This document shows positions 21,402 through 32,286 of a stretch of 64,000 nt of DNA, one piece after another (position 1 is the stretch's first letter; the number at the start of each line of letters is the position of its first letter). A program made the translations under genes and the position numbers. Under the pieces are notes generated by a model. The model was not told where the DNA came from and ran no database searches. It saw only the letters and a list, made by a program, of their open reading frames with translations. Source of the stretch: Blastocladiella emersonii ATCC 22665 (lineage: Eukaryota; Fungi; Blastocladiomycota); contig JANHCV010000009.1 of assembly GCA_025594325.1 (NCBI GenBank), forward strand, positions 62,001-126,000, read 5' to 3'.

Positions 21402-22425
21402 ATGTCGCCGTCGCTCTCCTCCGTTGCTGTCACCGTGGCGACGCTGGCCGTCGCCCTCGCGCCCCTCGCGGCCGCGGCCCCGTCGACGACGCCCGTCTCG
21501 GCTGGCCACGTCAACCTGGCCTACTTCTCGACGTCGTCGTCGCCCCTCCTCCGCCGTGGCCTCGACTCGGGCAGCGGCGAAGCGACCTACTACGAGGTTC
21601 GTTTGCTCCCGCCGTCGTTCTGCTCGAACGAGAGCAAACCGTTAACGCCCTCCCTTCTTGCACTTGTAGGTCGGCCTCGGCGCCTGCGAGTCCGTCAACT
21701 CCAACTCCGAGTACGTCGTGGCTCTCAACGCCCCCGACTTCGGTCCGGCGTGGCCCGCCAAGAACTCGCCCGCGTGCTCGTCGTGCGTGCGCATCTCATC
21801 GCCGGAGAACCCCTCGGCCGCGCCCGTCGTCGCCCGCATCGTCGACAAGTGTCCCGGGTGCAAGTCGGGCGACCTCGACGGGTCCCCCGCCGTCTTCAAC
21901 CACTTCTTCCCCGAGGGCAAGGGCCGCTTCAAGATCCAGTGGACCCGTGTCGCCTGCGGCGGCGGCGACGCTGCTCCTGCCCCCGCGCCCAAGCCGGCCC
22001 CGGCGCCTGCCCCCGCTCCTGCTCCTGCCCCGGCCCCGGCTCCCGCTAAGCCTGCGCCTGCGCCTGCGCCGCCCGCTGTCGTCGTCGCCCCGAAGCCCGA
22101 GCCGCCCAAGGCCGAGGAGCGCGTCGAGTTCGGCAACAACGACCTCAAGGTCAAGCCGACGACCCCCGCGCCCGCTCCCGCGACGCCCACCACCGACACC
22201 CCGGCGTCCTCGGGCCGCCCCGTCGCCAACAACCCGCTCCCCGCCAAGCTCGAGCCCACGGGCGCCGCCTCGGCCGCCTCGGGCGCGAAGCCGACGCCCA
22301 AGGCCGATGATAAGGTAGAGTTGATCGAGGGTTTCACCGTCTCCGCCGCGGCACCGGCGCAGTCGCTTCTCGCGACGGCCGTGTCCGCGGTGGTGGCGGC
22401 CGCGGTGCTTGCTGCTGGGTTCTAA
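21402..22425 (+). CDS. Secreted RlpA-like DPBB protein E with a Pro/Ala linker and a GPI-signal-like tail; exons 21402-21596, 21670-22425 (possible alternative last exon 22668-22874)
   Basis: Signal peptide; EATYYE/VGLGAC...VVALN...IVDKCPGCKSGDLDGSPAVF...IQW; (PA)n linker; ends SAAAPAQSLLATAVSAVVAAAVLAAGF*. Confidence 0.85.
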
Positions 22426-23339
22426 TCGACTGCGCTCCTCTCCCCTCCCTCCCCGATCTCTTCCTACCGCACTCGGTCGTGGTGCCTCCATGGGTCCTGC
22501 TTGCCCCCCTTCTCCTCCCTGCTGCTTTCTCACCTGTCCTGCTCCTTTCACTGCTGCGTCGCCTCCCTCCCTCCCTCTGCACATACTCGTCCTCTCCCCC
22601 TTTCCCCCTCCGATCTGCACCACGACCCTCCTACTCCCTCCTCCACGCGCATTCTCTCGCATCTTAGGCGAAGAAGCCCGCGGCCTACCCGCCCGTCGTC
22701 GCGACCCCCGCTCCCTCGCCCGCTCCCACCGCGTCGCCCATCCTGGTCGTGACCAAGCCCAAGCGCAAGTGCCGCACCCGCAAGACCAAGACGGCCGTCG
22801 CGACGGCGGCTCCGGTCGCTCCCACCACGACCCCGAAGCCGACCGCCGAGGGCTACGACGCTTACAAGTACTAAGCACACCTCGCACACCTCGCGCATGG
22901 CCCAAGTTGTACAACATTTTCCCCCCTCCCTACACGCAAGCAGTACCACCCCACATTCATACACATACAAAGACGCAGCAGTACCTTTTTCTACACAAAC
23001 CCAAACTTGTCTCGCAACGGATGTCTCGCACCGCCGATCAGCCACACACGCGACCCTCACGTGATATCGAGACGCGTCCATCGACGCGTCGCTTCGAGCG
23101 TCGGGCGAACCTCCGCAATAGTTTGCGCGTGTAGTAGCCTTGCCCCTTATTGCGGCGGATGCTACGCAGTGCTAAATGCGCTCCACTTTTTGACGCCAGG
23201 GTCGCAGTCAGTAGACCCGCTCATGCAAGCGCCGCATCGACTTTGGCCTCACTTCAACTTCTCACAGTAATTACCTTAGTCCAAAGTATGATATTTATTA
23301 CCCAATACTGAGTTGAGGTGTGTGAAAATAGACAGATCA

Positions 23340-24066
23340 CTAGTGATTTCGTGTGCTGGAGTCCGTTTGGGAGGCGATGCTCGTCCCACGATTCAGCTCC
23401 CGAGGCTTCACGGTCATTGCAGAATTCATCTCCCTTTGGACCGCTTGGGCGAGCTTATTCAGTTCCAGTGTACTCGCGATCTCAAGCAGGTTGGCCCATC
23501 GCTCGAGTCCCAAGTGGACCGCGCCGGGGTCGTCCGCGAGTATCATGCCAAACGACCCGAGCAAGGGCCGCGCGTTCGTCGGAATACGGTCGCACGGTAG
23601 CCACCCCGAGTACATGTGGACAAGCGCAATCATGAGGGGGCCGAGAAGCCAGCTTGGCATTGGAATGTGCTTCTGGTCGCTACGACTGTAGTACTCTCGA
23701 ACCAGTTGCCGCTAAACATGGCCCGGAAGTACGACGAGGCGGCAGCGAGCACGGTGCGCGAGGCGTGAATCGGTTCCGTCGTTTCTGCGGGCAGGAACGA
23801 AACGTTGCAGTACGCAGGGACGTGAGCATGTCAAGCAGGTTGTTGTAGCGCAACTGGCAGTCGCACCCAGCACTGGGAAGCGTGCGAGTACGAGGCTCTG
23901 ATCGGGGCCGCTCTGCCCGCAACCCTCCTGCAGACTGCATCGCGCGAGAGCCGTGAGTGGTACACTCGGTGGTGGGCACACCCTCGGCAGTATACAGATC
24001 CTCGACTAAATCGTTGAGCTGCTCCATGCCCTCCAGGAAGGATTCGAGTCCAGTACGCTTGGTCAT
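23340..24066 (-). pseudogene. BTB/POZ family copy 1, frameshifted
   Basis: Pieces in three frames (LLDMLT / PAYCNVSFLPAETTEPIHASRTVLAAASSYFRAMFSGNWFE / KHIPMPSWLLGPLMIALVHMYSGW) align colinearly with the intact copy at 24406-25086. Confidence 0.75.
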
Positions 24067-24405
24067 TGGAAAGGATTGGCTCAGCTGGTCGGGACGGAAA
24101 TCAGGATGGTTTCGTTGGCGTTGGGGCAAGGAGAGGGCGAGAGCGAGATGGAGGGAGGCGGGAAGGTGCTTCGCAAAGCGTTGGCTTAACTCGCATACAT
24201 GTACCGAACGTGACGCGGCCCGCTGAATGCGCTCAATCCATGACGAGCGCCTAGGCGTGGCATCTGTGAATGCATAGTCCGCAAGCGCTGCATACGGGCG
24301 GGAGAAACGTGAAACGATCATGCTGCATGCCATGCTCAGTTTCGAGAAAATGGTGTCCAGTATATCAAAACTATGTGTGATCTGCTGCACAAGAACAATC
24401 ATGAA

Positions 24406-25086
24406 CTAACACTCGACAACGCGTTGGTCGTCGAGCTGTATTTCCTCGAGCTGCGCGGTGTACTCGCGCATCAACCCGTCGCGCGCGGCTTTCGCAAGCG
24501 CCGGCAACTGCAGCATGCGGGCGATTTGGAACGTGTTATTCCAGAGCTCGTGGTCCATCCCATCGAAAGTGCGGCCATTGAAGGAAACGGTGATGCCGAC
24601 CGAGTTGAGCAGTGGCTGCGCCTTGGCGGGGACTTGATGTCCCGGCACCCAGTTTGAGTAGAGGTGGATGAGGGCGAGCATGAATGAAGCGCGAAACCAC
24701 GTCGGCATTCGAATGGGCGCATTTTCCTTTTCGCACCAGTTGCCGCCGAACATGGCACGAAAGTAGGACGAGGCGGCGACGAGTACGATGCGCGAGGCGT
24801 GGATTGGCTCAGCCGAATCGGCGAGCAGGAAGGTAACATCGCAGAGGGCCGGATCGTTGATGGTCGCAAGCAGGCCGCCAATGAGCGGATTGGCGCTGGA
24901 GGAGTCGAGTTTCTGAGTGTAGTCGCCGACCTTATTGACCAGAACGCCTGGAGGAGTTGGAGCCAGGGTTACGTCTGACATGAGAACACGTCGTGTCCTG
25001 TTGTTGTTTTCGTCCTGTACGGCTTCGTTATTGGAGTCCGCTAGGAGCGCGGCAAAATCAAGGAAGGAGTCAAAATGGTCCCCCAT
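24406..25086 (-). CDS. BTB/POZ domain protein (copy 2, intact, intronless, 226 aa)
   Basis: LCDVTFLL...PIHASRIVLVAASSYFRAMFGGNW...PIRMP is a BTB signature. Confidence 0.85.
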   Translation of the reverse strand: MGDHFDSFLDFAALLADSNNEAVQDENNNRTRRVLMSDVTLAPTPPGVLVNKVGDYTQKLDSSSANPLIGGLLATINDPALCDVTFLLADSAEPIHASRIVLVAASSYFRAMFGGNWCEKENAPIRMPTWFRASFMLALIHLYSNWVPGHQVPAKAQPLLNSVGITVSFNGRTFDGMDHELWNNTFQIARMLQLPALAKAARDGLMREYTAQLEEIQLDDQRVVEC

Positions 25087-25397
25087 GATGGTGTTCGGCT
25101 GGTGAAACTAACCGAGAGAGAGAGCGAGGGAGTTCAAGTTGCCAACGCTCGATCCGAACAGACGATCGATAAGTGCATACACCAAGCAAGCGTGGGTGTC
25201 AGGAGATCTCGCCCGACCGAATTCTCAAGCGGCGCGCCGGCTGTTGCCATAGGCTTTCGCGCCGACCGCCACGGAGAGAGTTGATGCGACTACTCATGTA
25301 ATCAACGGAGATCAGACAAAGTGAGATACATTGAACAGTTTGCGCACATGTACTGGTGGGTTTCTTGCCCGCCATGTAACGAACTCCAACTGACGGT

Positions 25398-26054
25398 TTA
25401 GCGTCCCGCGTTCTCGGCAAGCATCATGGCGTCCCGCGCCGCCTTAACGAGCGTTGGTCGAGCATTCCAGCGAGCTCGACCAGATTTTGCCACAGGTCAA
25501 GGTCCATGCCGATGAGCTCGCGCTTGTTGGCGGAGACGGTAATGCCGACCGAGGCGAGCAGCGCCCGCGCGTTTCTGTCCACGCGCATGCCAGGCACCCA
25601 GTCCGCGTAGAGATGGATCAAAGTGAGCACGAACGGAGCGGGAAGCCACGTCGGCATGGGAATCAGCGTACGTTGGCTGGCCTAGAACCAATCGCCGCCG
25701 AGCATGGAGCGGAAGTAGGGCGAGACGGATGCAAGCGTAGCGCGCGAGGCGTGGATAGGTTTGGTCGCGCCGGCGGGGAGGAAGCTGACGTCGCACAACG
25801 CCGGGTCATCAAGTGTCGCAAGGAGGCCGCGCGCGCGCACGTCGGCTGCCGAAGCCACGGGCTTCTGCGGCGGTTTCTCATCGCGCTTATCGCGTCCGTC
25901 CAAGTTCCGGCTGTAGCGGAGCCGGGGCCGGGACCGGGGCCAGAGCTGGAGCCCGAGTTCCAATCGGAATCGTCGTTACGGGCGTGTTTGTGGCGCGAAT
26001 CGTTATGTTGCTGTTAGCAAGGTCGACGGGGACGTGGTAGAACTGCTGGCTCAT
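25398..26054 (-). pseudogene. BTB/POZ family copy 3 with a nonsense TAG (25684-25682) and frameshifts
   Basis: LLATLDDPALCDVSFL...PIHASRATLASVSPYFRSMLGGDWF*ASQRTLIPMPTW. The C-terminal TLVKAARDAMM lies in a shifted frame relative to copy 2 (ALAKAARDGLM). Confidence 0.8.
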
Positions 26055-26497
26055 GACGCTTGACGTGTGCGAAGGGGGAGGAGGCCGGGAGAGAAAGGAG
26101 GAGACCGAGCGCTGGAGCTAGAGTGCGTATACCGTCGAAGCGTGCCCTCAATCAGCCTCAGGTGACCCACTCTCGTCGGGAATCATCAAAATTGTAGCGT
26201 CTCAACACGTTGCTGCAAGTCATAAGGCAAGAAAAGCATTCATGGCCGCGGAATTTATGGGCGAGGAGAGAGCGCGGAGGGCACGTGGCGCGAGGTCGCG
26301 CTAAAATCACGCGAGCCGCGTTTCTCCGAGCGGGCCGCCGCCGCTTTGAATCGTGCGACCAGGCGTGCGACCAGCGCGACGGCCGGGGCGCCCCACGGTC
26401 CTCTCTCTCTCCCCCCTCCCACCTACTCAGCGGCTGGCACATCACCCGCACCTGACTCGTTCGCAACGTAACACTCTCCACGCAACGCATCAACACC

Positions 26498-27306
26498 ATG
26501 TCCAAGCAGATCGAGGCCGCCGAGGTTGCCGCGCACGCGTCGCGCAACGACTGCTGGACCGTGATCCACGGCAAGGTCTACGACATCACCAAGTTCCTCG
26601 AGGAGCACCCCGGCGGCGAGGAGGTCCTGCTCGAGACGGCCGGTGCGTCGCTGCTGCCGCCGCGCGTCGTGTGGCGTTTGTGCCCCTGTGCGGCGCGAGT
26701 TCTCACGCCCCCGCGTGCTCCCGCGTCTAGGCGCCGACTCGACCGAGGGCTTCGAGGACGTTGGCCACTCCGAGGACGCGCGCGAGCTCCTCGAGAAGTA
26801 CTACGTCGGCGAGCTCAAGGGCGCTCCCGTATGTGATTCCGCTCGCTCTCATGATAGGCGGCTCGCTGACGTGATCCCTCCACCTACGCACGCGTAGCCG
26901 ACCAAGAAGGCCGAGACCAAGCCTGTCGCCAAGGCGGCCGAGGGCAGCAACGCCTCGTACGTGTCTCCTGTTCGTGTGACCTCGCTCTACTTCCCGCTCC
27001 CTCCGACCTCGGTCCTGCTCCGCTGGTGGCGGTCCCCGTGCGCTCCTCCTCGATGCTCACGCGTGTTCCCCTCCATCTCTCCTTCCACTGCCGCTCGCGC
27101 GATCCTTCAGCGACAGCAACTGCCTGATCATGTAACCTCGATTGCACGACCCGTATCTGACGACCAACCCGCACGCCTTCCTCCTATACTGCAACCTTGC
27201 ACGCGTTTGTATCTATCTGCTCGACCACGTACACGCGTACAGCATCTTCGTCCTCATCCCGGTCATCCTCGCGGCCGTCGCCTTCGCGTACAAGCACTTC
27301 TCGTAA
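26498..27306 (+). CDS. CYB5: Cytochrome b5, tail-anchored form; exons 26498-26642, 26731-26828, 26898-26956, 27243-27306
   Basis: [26 protein letters not shown]...[12 protein letters not shown] carries both heme-ligand His. The last exon encodes the TM helix [21 protein letters not shown]. Confidence 0.95.
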
Positions 27307-27759
27307 GCCTGTCGTCGCTCCCTCGCCATGTACTTGTTCCGCCCCTACCCTACCCACCTCCTCCGCGTGTCTCCTCGAACCATATAGCTTCCCCCGACTC
27401 TGTTGCATACCCGTTGCCTCGTCACCGTCAGTGAATGGCCCGCGAGAAGCTGGTGCCAGCTAAGATGGTTCCTCGTCGTCACCGCAACAGCTGGTTGGAG
27501 TACCATCGCATCGGGAGCGCGCAGATCCTATCAATAACCGACGCGTTGGCCGGGAGGGAGAAGGAGGGAGACACGCGTGTCTCCCGCCGCAGAACAGCGC
27601 GACGCGTCTCTGCTCGTTCACCTCGCTCGAGCCCCATCCTCTCCTCCTCCCCATCGAATGTCATCTTCGACCCCGTGAAATGTATCCGCACCGAGTCCGG
27701 CCGTGATCAACCCACCCGCCCGCCCCGGATCCATCACCCACCACCGCTGCGCCGCCACC

Positions 27760-30700
27760 ATGACCTTCGGCCAGGCGCTGCCCGACGGCGTGCCGCTCGT
27801 CACGGCGCATGTGTCGCACGGGCTCGCGCTGCTGCTCGAGGCGCGCGAGCTCGCCAAGGAGCGCGCCATCATGGAGCGCGAGCACGCCAAGAACCTCGAC
27901 GCCCTCTACCGCAAGCACGCCGCCAAGCTCGACAAGAAGCTGCGCGACCTGAGCCTCGGGCCCTCGCCGTCCCCGGCCGCCGCCGCCGCGTCCGCGGGGA
28001 ACGTCAGCTCCGCCATGACCATGTGGAACGACGTGCTCAACAACCTCGACGCCGTCGCCAAGGAGCGCGCTATGCTCGCGGAACGGCTCGTGGTCGAGGT
28101 TGCTGGTACGGTCCTGACTTGCTCATCGCTGTCGACGCGGCGGTAACGCCCCTGCCCGCGTAGACAAGCTGAAGCTGGCCGCCGGCCAGTTCGACGACAC
28201 GCGCAAGAAGCACATTGCCTTCCACAACAAGCTCGCCGCCGAGCAGGAGAAGATGGTCCAGGAAAAGGACAAGGTGCGACCGCGGCCACGGCCGTGACCA
28301 TTGTCTGATCCACTGGCTCACCCTCGTATCGCGTAGGCCAAGCTCAAGTACCTGCAGGCCTGCGAGGACGTCGAGTCGGCCAAGCTGCGCTTCGAGCGCG
28401 CCGACGAGAAGAACCAGGAAAAGGTACCCCTACCCGTGTCTTCTCGAGCGTGGCCACGCTGACCATGGTCGCCCGCAACAGCTCAAGAAGGTCTGGCACC
28501 AGAGCATCGTGGAGATGAACAACGCCAAGGTACATTCGCCACCCCGCGTCGTGATGAGCGTACATTCTCACCGCTCGACTGTAGAACGCGTACCTCCTGT
28601 CGATCGCCATGTGCAACGTTGGCCGCAAGCACCATCAAAAGGAGCAGGTGCCGTGGATCCTCGACGTACGTCTCCCCAACCGTACGCCATCGCAGGCAAC
28701 TGACCACGCTCAACTCACTCGTAGGAACTCGAAGAACTCGAGGTGATGCGCATCAACGCGTTCAAGCAGATCATGCAGCAGCTGACCGTGTGCGAGACCG
28801 AGGCGCTCAAGGCGTGCACCGAGCAGTTTGCCGCGCTGTCGGGCTCGATCACCAGCGTCGACGCGCGCGCGGACACGGCGCTGTTCCTGTCGGCCAACCA
28901 GTCGGCGTGGCACGAGGTGCCCGAGATCCACTTTGAGCCGACGCCGCTGTGGCGCGACACGGCCGACCTGGCCGTGGCCGACGACGCGTGCCGCGTGGTC
29001 CTGGCCAACCATCGCGCCAAGGTCAAGGCGCGCCAGGCCGAGCTCGCCGCGGCCATTTCCCAGGACCAGTCGCGCATCTACGGCATCCAGAAGATGGTCG
29101 ACGTCTACACCGAGTCGCCGTCGCTCGGCGACCCCATCTACGCCCGCGACGAGCTGCTCGAGCACCGCCGCAGGCTGCACCTCGCGACCGCCAGCCACAA
29201 GCGCCACGAGGCCGAGCTCTTGCTCATCCAGAGCGCGCTCGGATGTCCGTGTACACTGTTTTATCGCCGACGAGTCGTGCGACTGACAACTCGTGCGCTC
29301 ATGTGTAGCCTCGGAGGACCTGAGCGGCAAACCGCACGCGTTCAAGCCGACCTCGTTCACGCTGCCGACGCCGTGCGGGTGCTGCCAGAACTCGATCTGG
29401 GGCTTAGCGCGGCAAGGCCTGGTGTGCCGCGACTGCGGGTTCGTGTGCCACACCAAGTGCGAGCTCAAGGTGCCCGGCGCGTGCACGGGCAACGCCAAGG
29501 ACAAGGACAAGTCGGACACGGCGTCGATCGCGTCGTCAGTGGTGCTCCCGTCCAGCGCCACGGCCATCGCGCCCATCTCGACGCTCGAGCGCAACGGATC
29601 CGTCTACTCGACGGCCGAGTCGGCCGCTAACTCGGCCACGTCGCCGTCGCTCAGCATCCTTGCGGCGGGGATCGGCGGAGCCAGTAGCGGGGGCGATGGA
29701 GGATGGCCCACCGCGATCGCGGGCACCCCCGCACTCCCCGCCCTCGACGTCCCCGCGCTGGATATCAGCGTCAACCTCGGCCAGTACTCGGCGTCGGCAT
29801 CGCCCATCCGCGGAAACTCGTTTGTGCACTCGCGTAGCAGCACCGTTGAGAACGCGCCGAGCAGGTCGTCGTCCACGGTCGCGGCCACGAGCGGCGACGC
29901 GGCAGCGGTGCGCGGACCGCCACTCACGGCGCCGTCGCCCGCGGCCGTGGCGGCCAGCAACCCCGACTTGAGCGACGCGGGCGACAATTCCAGCGGGCCG
30001 GTCACGTCAGCCAAACACGATGAAGACGCAGCCGACCCAACCCCCGCGCCCGCGGCCGCGCCAGCGAGCGACCTGTCCCGCTCAGCGTCCGCGACCAGCA
30101 TCCCGTGCCTGTCCTCGTCGTCGGCCGCTGCCGCATCAGCGCCGGCTCCAGTCGCCACGAGCGACGACACGACGCCGAAGCAGGGGAGCGCGGGCCAGGC
30201 CGTGGCCGTGGCGCTGTACGACTACGCGCCGGCGGGCGACGGCGAGCTCGCGCTCGTCAAGGGCCAGGTGGTCGCGGTCGCGAGCGATGCGGGCGAGGAC
30301 GGGAGCGGGTGGATCTCGGTACGCGTGTGTGCGCGCGCCGTGGTTGAGGGCGGGGTGCTGACGGGTCCCGTGCGAGTGTAGGTCCGGTATCGCGGCGAGC
30401 ACGGCCTGGTCCCGGCGTCGTATGTGCACGTCGTGCGCGACGACGAGGTGCATCTGCGTACGTCTACTCTTGCGATACTTTTCCTCGGCGGGCACTGACC
30501 GCGAGCCGTGTAGCGCACGCGCAAGTCGTGTACCCGTACACGGCGCAGGGCGAGGGCGAGGTGGACGTGGGCGAGGGCGAGGTGGTGCGGGTGCTCGCGG
30601 ACGAGGGCGACGGGTGGATCCAGGGTGTGTGCTCCTTCTTGCTAACCATTCTGACCGCGGCTAACGAGAACGAGGGACTGTAGTGCAAGTCACGGCCGAC

Positions 30701-30763
30701 GACCGCGTCGGGCTGATCCCCGCGTCGTACGCGAACGTGCTCACGCTCCTGGGCCAGCCATGA
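27760..30763 (+). CDS. BZZ1: Bzz1-like F-BAR/C1/SH3-SH3 endocytic adaptor; 10 exons (27760-28105, 28164-28273, 28337-28423, 28482-28529, 28585-28665, 28725-29244, 29309-30318, 30382-30457, 30514-30624, 30684-30763)
   Basis: F-BAR helices (ERAIMEREHAKNL), C1 domain HAFKPTSFTLPTPCGCCQNSIWGLARQGLVCRDCGFVCHTKC, and two SH3 domains (ALYDY...GWI...GLVPASYV; VVYPY...GWI...GLIPASY). All splice phases are consistent. Confidence 0.9.
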
Positions 30764-30864
30764 TGCGCCCGTGTTCAGGTACCGAGCAGATCGCAGTAGT
30801 AGGGTAGGAATAAATACATGATACAATCGCTTGCCAGCCACGACAACGACGGCGGTGACGGCGA

Positions 30865-32025
30865 CTAGGCGGGGATGTGCGAGTAGTCGCGGTGGGCAAT
30901 GTACTTTGGCTCGGTGAGCTGGTAGTACTCGCAGAGCCCCTGCCACTCGTCGGTGGTGAGCGAGGGGATCCACTGGTTGCGCTGGGACGTGTCCTCGTCG
31001 TCCTTTTGCACGTTGCTGCCGGGCCCCGTGTTGGGTTCCTGGGCGCCCTCGATGACGTAGAGCATGGCGTCCTGCGAGTCGTCGTTCTCGAACATGACGG
31101 CGGCGATCGAGTCCTTGACGAGGAACGACACGTAGAAGAGGTTCTCGACCGTCTGGGCAAACGAGCGCGGGTTGAGGACAAACTCGAACAGCGGGACCGG
31201 CTCCTCGAGGTCGCGCAGCACGGTGAACACCTCGGACACGAACTTGGGCGTCTGCGACGAGTCGCTCTGCGAGGCGACTTGCGCGTGCTCCTCGAGCCCG
31301 CGCGACTTGACCACCTGCTTCTCGGCCACCTCCTTGGCGGCACGCTGCGCGCGCTCGCGCTTGGTCACGGTCACGTCCATGGGGCCGAGCATGAACTCGA
31401 GCGCCGGCGCGTGGTCGAGGTACCCGCCGAACAAGTTGCCGATCTCGGTCAGGGTCGAGCCCGGGCGCGCGTTGGCGGCGCCCGTCAGCCGCGTGATGAA
31501 GGCGTTCACGTCGAACAGCGCGCGGCCGATCTTGAGCGACTGGATGCGCTCCTGCGCGATCTGCGTCGCGGCGAGCAGCAGCTTGGTGTCCATGGACGAC
31601 TCGGTGGTGGTCGTGACTAGTTTGCGTGTGCGGGATCGGTGAGACGCGTGCGGTGCGAGGGTGGAGCCAAGCCAACGACAACGTACTGGTCTGCTGCAGC
31701 TCGTTCATCTCGTTGATGCTGTCGAGCAAGAGTCCGGGGTCGCGCAGGTAGTCGGAGCGGCGCTCTATTCGCGCTGGCGCGCGTGAGTCTCAGCGCGATC
31801 GCGCGGGTCGCACGACTCACACGCACCCTCGAGGTTCTGGGCGAGCTCGCGGTACCTCCGGCGCGTCGAGCGGCGGCGCGCGTTCTCCTCCTGCGACCCC
31901 ATGGCCTGCGACTGGGTCATGAGCAGCTCGAGCGGGCGCTGCGAGCCCTCCTGCGTCAGCTGGGTCCCGTGGCCGTTGAGCTCGGCGAGCGCCTCTTCCT
32001 CCTCGCGCGTCAGTTGTGCCTGCAT
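30865..32025 (-). CDS. NSE4: Nse4/EID3 kleisin of the SMC5/6 complex; exons 32025-31827, 31764-31687, 31616-30865
   Basis: RRRYREL N-terminus, ESSMDTKLLL, and the Nse4_C motif LFEFVLNPRSFAQTVENLFYVSFLVKD. Confidence 0.9.
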
Positions 32026-32182
32026 TGCAATGTACTACGGTGTCCGGTGACCGCGATGCACCGAGTCCCGCGGTCGCTTCACGGTCGGCGCGGCACGGCG
32101 GGGGCGCGCGGCGGGGAGCGCGGACCGCGCACGGCCACCGACTCCCTCGCGGCCGCGGCCCACGTGATGGTTCGGGAGAGGG

Positions 32183-32189
32183 TATAAAG
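32183..32189 (+). promoter_or_regulatory. Candidate TATA box (TATAAAG) in the NSE4/TBP divergent promoter
   Basis: Consensus about 100 nt upstream of the TBP ATG at 32287. Confidence 0.5.
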
Positions 32190-32286
32190 GCCGGCCCTCG
32201 TCCACCGCCCCGCTGCTGCGCCTCCACTGCAGCGCGCGACCACGGACGCCGCCCCGCCCCAGTCCCTGCAACGTAATCCCATCACC

